Shown here piece after piece: positions 61,394 through 64,000 of a stretch of 64,000 bases of DNA. Under the pieces are notes generated by a model that worked only from the letters and a program-made list of their open reading frames with translations, ran no database searches and was not told the DNA's origin. The position numbers and the translations under genes were made by a program. The DNA lies in the NCBI GenBank assembly GCA_964187785.1, contig OZ076409.1:36644001-36708000 (forward strand). The letters are read 5' to 3'. This DNA is from Amphiscolops sp. MND2022. Its lineage: Eukaryota. Position 1 is the stretch's first letter. The number at the start of each line of letters is the position of its first letter.

Positions 61394-62643
61394 CTAAAAC
61401 ATTCATGTTCCACATTGAAATCCATGATTAATTCTCTATCTCAGAAGTAACTTGAGGTCAAGGGAGAGAAGGTTTGATGCATGTTAAAAATTCAAATAAG
61501 TATGTAATAGAAATAGATGTAAGAATAAGTCTATCTTTGCCCAATAAAAAGATCGAGATGTTTCCGGTGCCCACGGGACTTCAACACAACTCTGAAAACA
61601 CGATCTGTGCCAATTCTAAATGTAACGATAAGCATTGACATAGCTTGATAGCTACGGTAGATGGAGAAACTAGACTACAAAACATATACGTCCGGGACTA
61701 GATCGTTTCGTAAACCAGCACATTTTCCTCCTAGGAATGCTTTACTCCTAGGAGAGGAACCGTCTTAAAGGACATTATCTGGCCCAAATCCAGTCTGTTA
61801 CTGCTACTAGGTACGGGCATTATGCTTTTTCTTATAACCACTGCAGAAATAGCCTCTAAAAACTGTGTTGCTGAATTTCTGAATTCATTCCAAAAACGGG
61901 AAACCTGATAAACGAAGAAATAATAAATTCAAACAATAGCTCTCGAGTATATTAATCTAGACAAGAGTCAAAAATCAAATATTACATGTAGTCCATGTAG
62001 AAGGTAAGGTCGTCTGCACACCCAGCGTGCGAGCTGGACACACCTCCTGTGCACCGGCAAATACTTTAAGGTCCAATCATGGTCAGAGAGTGTCGTTACC
62101 AAAAGTGACGATAATCTCCCATTTTACGGCACAACACCGTGGTTTGGCACGTTTTTCTAGCTGTTTTTTTGTCTCTCTCACTTTTCTTCTCGCGGGCGGC
62201 TTTTTTTGCGTCTTGTTCTGCTTTCTTGCTGACGAAACATGCTCACAGTCCGAAACATTTTGGACAAAACATGCTCACAGTGCCACGTCAATTTTGAACA
62301 AATTTTTGGATACCAGTCAAAATATAGTGGGGTCGGCAGTTGCCGTTCCAAAACCTGTCCAAGTCGAACTTGACCTCATTAACATATCGCAGCTTTCTGT
62401 TTTTATCATTTAATTCACAACACTTCATCGGGGTTTACCTTCCTCGTCGTTGACTTGGTAAAATATAAAACTTAACAGCCTAACCTCGTTTTTATTGGAC
62501 GAAAAAATATAAACGATATAGGTACTTTTCAATACTATAGTACAATTTATCTGTTGAAGTTAAATAAGGAAGGACGCTTGAACAACTGTTCAGAAGAAAA
62601 TAATAATCAGAATTTAGACCTGTAGGGACTCCTTTAAACTTAC

Positions 62644-62995
62644 TGAGAGACAAACACATGAATCTGCAGCTGATGTAGGGGTTAGCGAGCTCCATCAAAC
62701 AGAAGACATGTTTGGGTGTGAGCCAATTCCCGTCGTAGTGCGATGACTGTGAAAGGCCTACTCCCACCAAATGATGAATAACCATAAAGATGAGATTGCG
62801 CTTCAGTTGAGCAACTATCCTGAAGACTGTGTCGGCCAGCAAGTAGGCGCCTATGGAGCAGTTGCACCAGCGAAAAGCATAAAACATGCCCTGGTAGTTG
62901 CCTTGAGGGAAGTTGAATATGAGTGAATAGACTGTGATGACGCTGACTGCTGATGAATTTACTACTGAGACCACGTCCGTGCAAAATGAATTAAC
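62644..62995 (-). CDS. TLC (TRAM/LAG1/CLN8) domain protein, TLCD4/TMEM56-like, middle exon
   Basis: TLC hallmarks GAYLLAD, MVIHHLVG and MELANPYISCRF. TAG acceptor, A|GTAAGT donor. Confidence 0.85.
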
Positions 62996-63859
62996 CTATT
63001 CACTCTTTTTGCTTTCATTTTTCTGTCATAATTCCATCAGAGAACATTTGGTTTAGTTTTTGATGATGATGCCGAATAGTTCAGTTGACTTGTTTAATTT
63101 CAACAAAAAAATCATGTCTAGGTTTTCGGTGAATCACATTTTCTAAATTGCCACGATCATTCTTTAAATCTATATGAAATGAGGCGTTTCGTCTGTTTTC
63201 GGTTTTTATTAATCCTCCAAAAAAGCATCACAGAAAGTCTACCGCACTATTAGGATCCAACGAATGCCAAAAGAGTACAAAGGTTCCCATGTAGATTTTT
63301 TCGGCACTAGACAATTTCCCAACATTTTTGAAAGGGTCCTGAGATTTTTTAATTTTTCAAGCAATGATTTGTTCCCTTAAACCGTAAGCAGAAAAATAAG
63401 GGGAATTGGCTCAATGTTTTTTGAAGAAGCGGTACAAGCGAAAACGAGGAAACTTTGAATTTTCACCTTTTTTCAGGATCGGTATTAGTATAATTTCTGA
63501 AACGATATTGAGATCGAATAAAGATGAGATGGTAGTTAATTTTGGATGGCTGATGGTAGTTATTTTGGCATTGAAGCAGAAATTTGTCAGACTGTGGGGT
63601 TTTTACCATTGTACCATTTTTTGTAAAGGTGTCTTGTAACAGTATACGAAAATGATCCCAGTGCACTGCGCTTCTTGTTACAACTTTCCTTCAGGGAATG
63701 TGCATAATTTAGCACGAACGAACATTGCTAATTCCAAGTGTTTGGAGCCATGTCTCACAATGGACCCCTAGAACAAATTTAATCGGAACCACAGAAAACG
63801 AAAAGCCCAAAACTTCTGGTTGCCTTTAAAGTTGAGTAAAAGCAAAAAGAGAGGACGAC

Positions 63860-64000
63860 TTTGTCTTTCGGGGCATTCTTCAGAGGACGAACAAATGCTC
63901 TGAGCAATCTAGGGCATATGAGAAATAGAAGATGGTAGAACCCTAGCAATAGACTGAATCTTTTGTAATAATCAGCATCCAATGCTGTCTCGAAATCTTC
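63860..64000 (-). CDS. TLC-domain gene, 5' exon (partial; EDFETALDADYYKRFSLLLGFYHLLFLICPRLLRAFVRPLKNAPKDK)
   Basis: Frame open to the window edge; TM helix then a basic stretch typical of TLCD N-termini. AAA|GTCGTC donor, phase 0. Confidence 0.6.

Overview
AT-rich, repeat-rich eukaryotic (animal) genomic DNA; the repeats and retroelement remnants feel like an acoel or other invertebrate genome, but that is only an impression. The backbone is the 5' part of an axonemal inner-arm dynein heavy chain gene (DNAH7-like, + strand). I traced nine phase-consistent exons (248-463, 4972-5185, 5554-5574, 5654-5735, 6237-6448, 9844-10017, 16995-17120, 59564-59683, 60224-60407), and the gene runs off both ends of the window. 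One dynein intron of about 42.4 kb (17121-59563) contains two apparently complete protein-coding genes. One is an antisense 4-exon, ~298-aa divergent 7-TM (GPCR-like) gene (28857->18045). The other is a same-strand, ~19-exon, ~1,400-aa Ser/Gly/Glu-rich gene with an unrecognised helical C-terminus (41076-55416). The next dynein intron holds an antisense TLC-domain gene. Several junctions appear to need non-canonical splice sites: one GC donor, two candidate GG donors (both GGATGG) and one candidate AC acceptor. The introns contain two families of non-autonomous Helentron-like (HINE/DINE-1-type) elements, some in head-to-tail arrays, plus MITE/foldback elements, a decayed LTR retrotransposon, tandem repeats and five near-perfect, spacer-less palindromes of 108-204 bp that are unrelated to one another. 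All homology calls come from motif recall; no searches were run.
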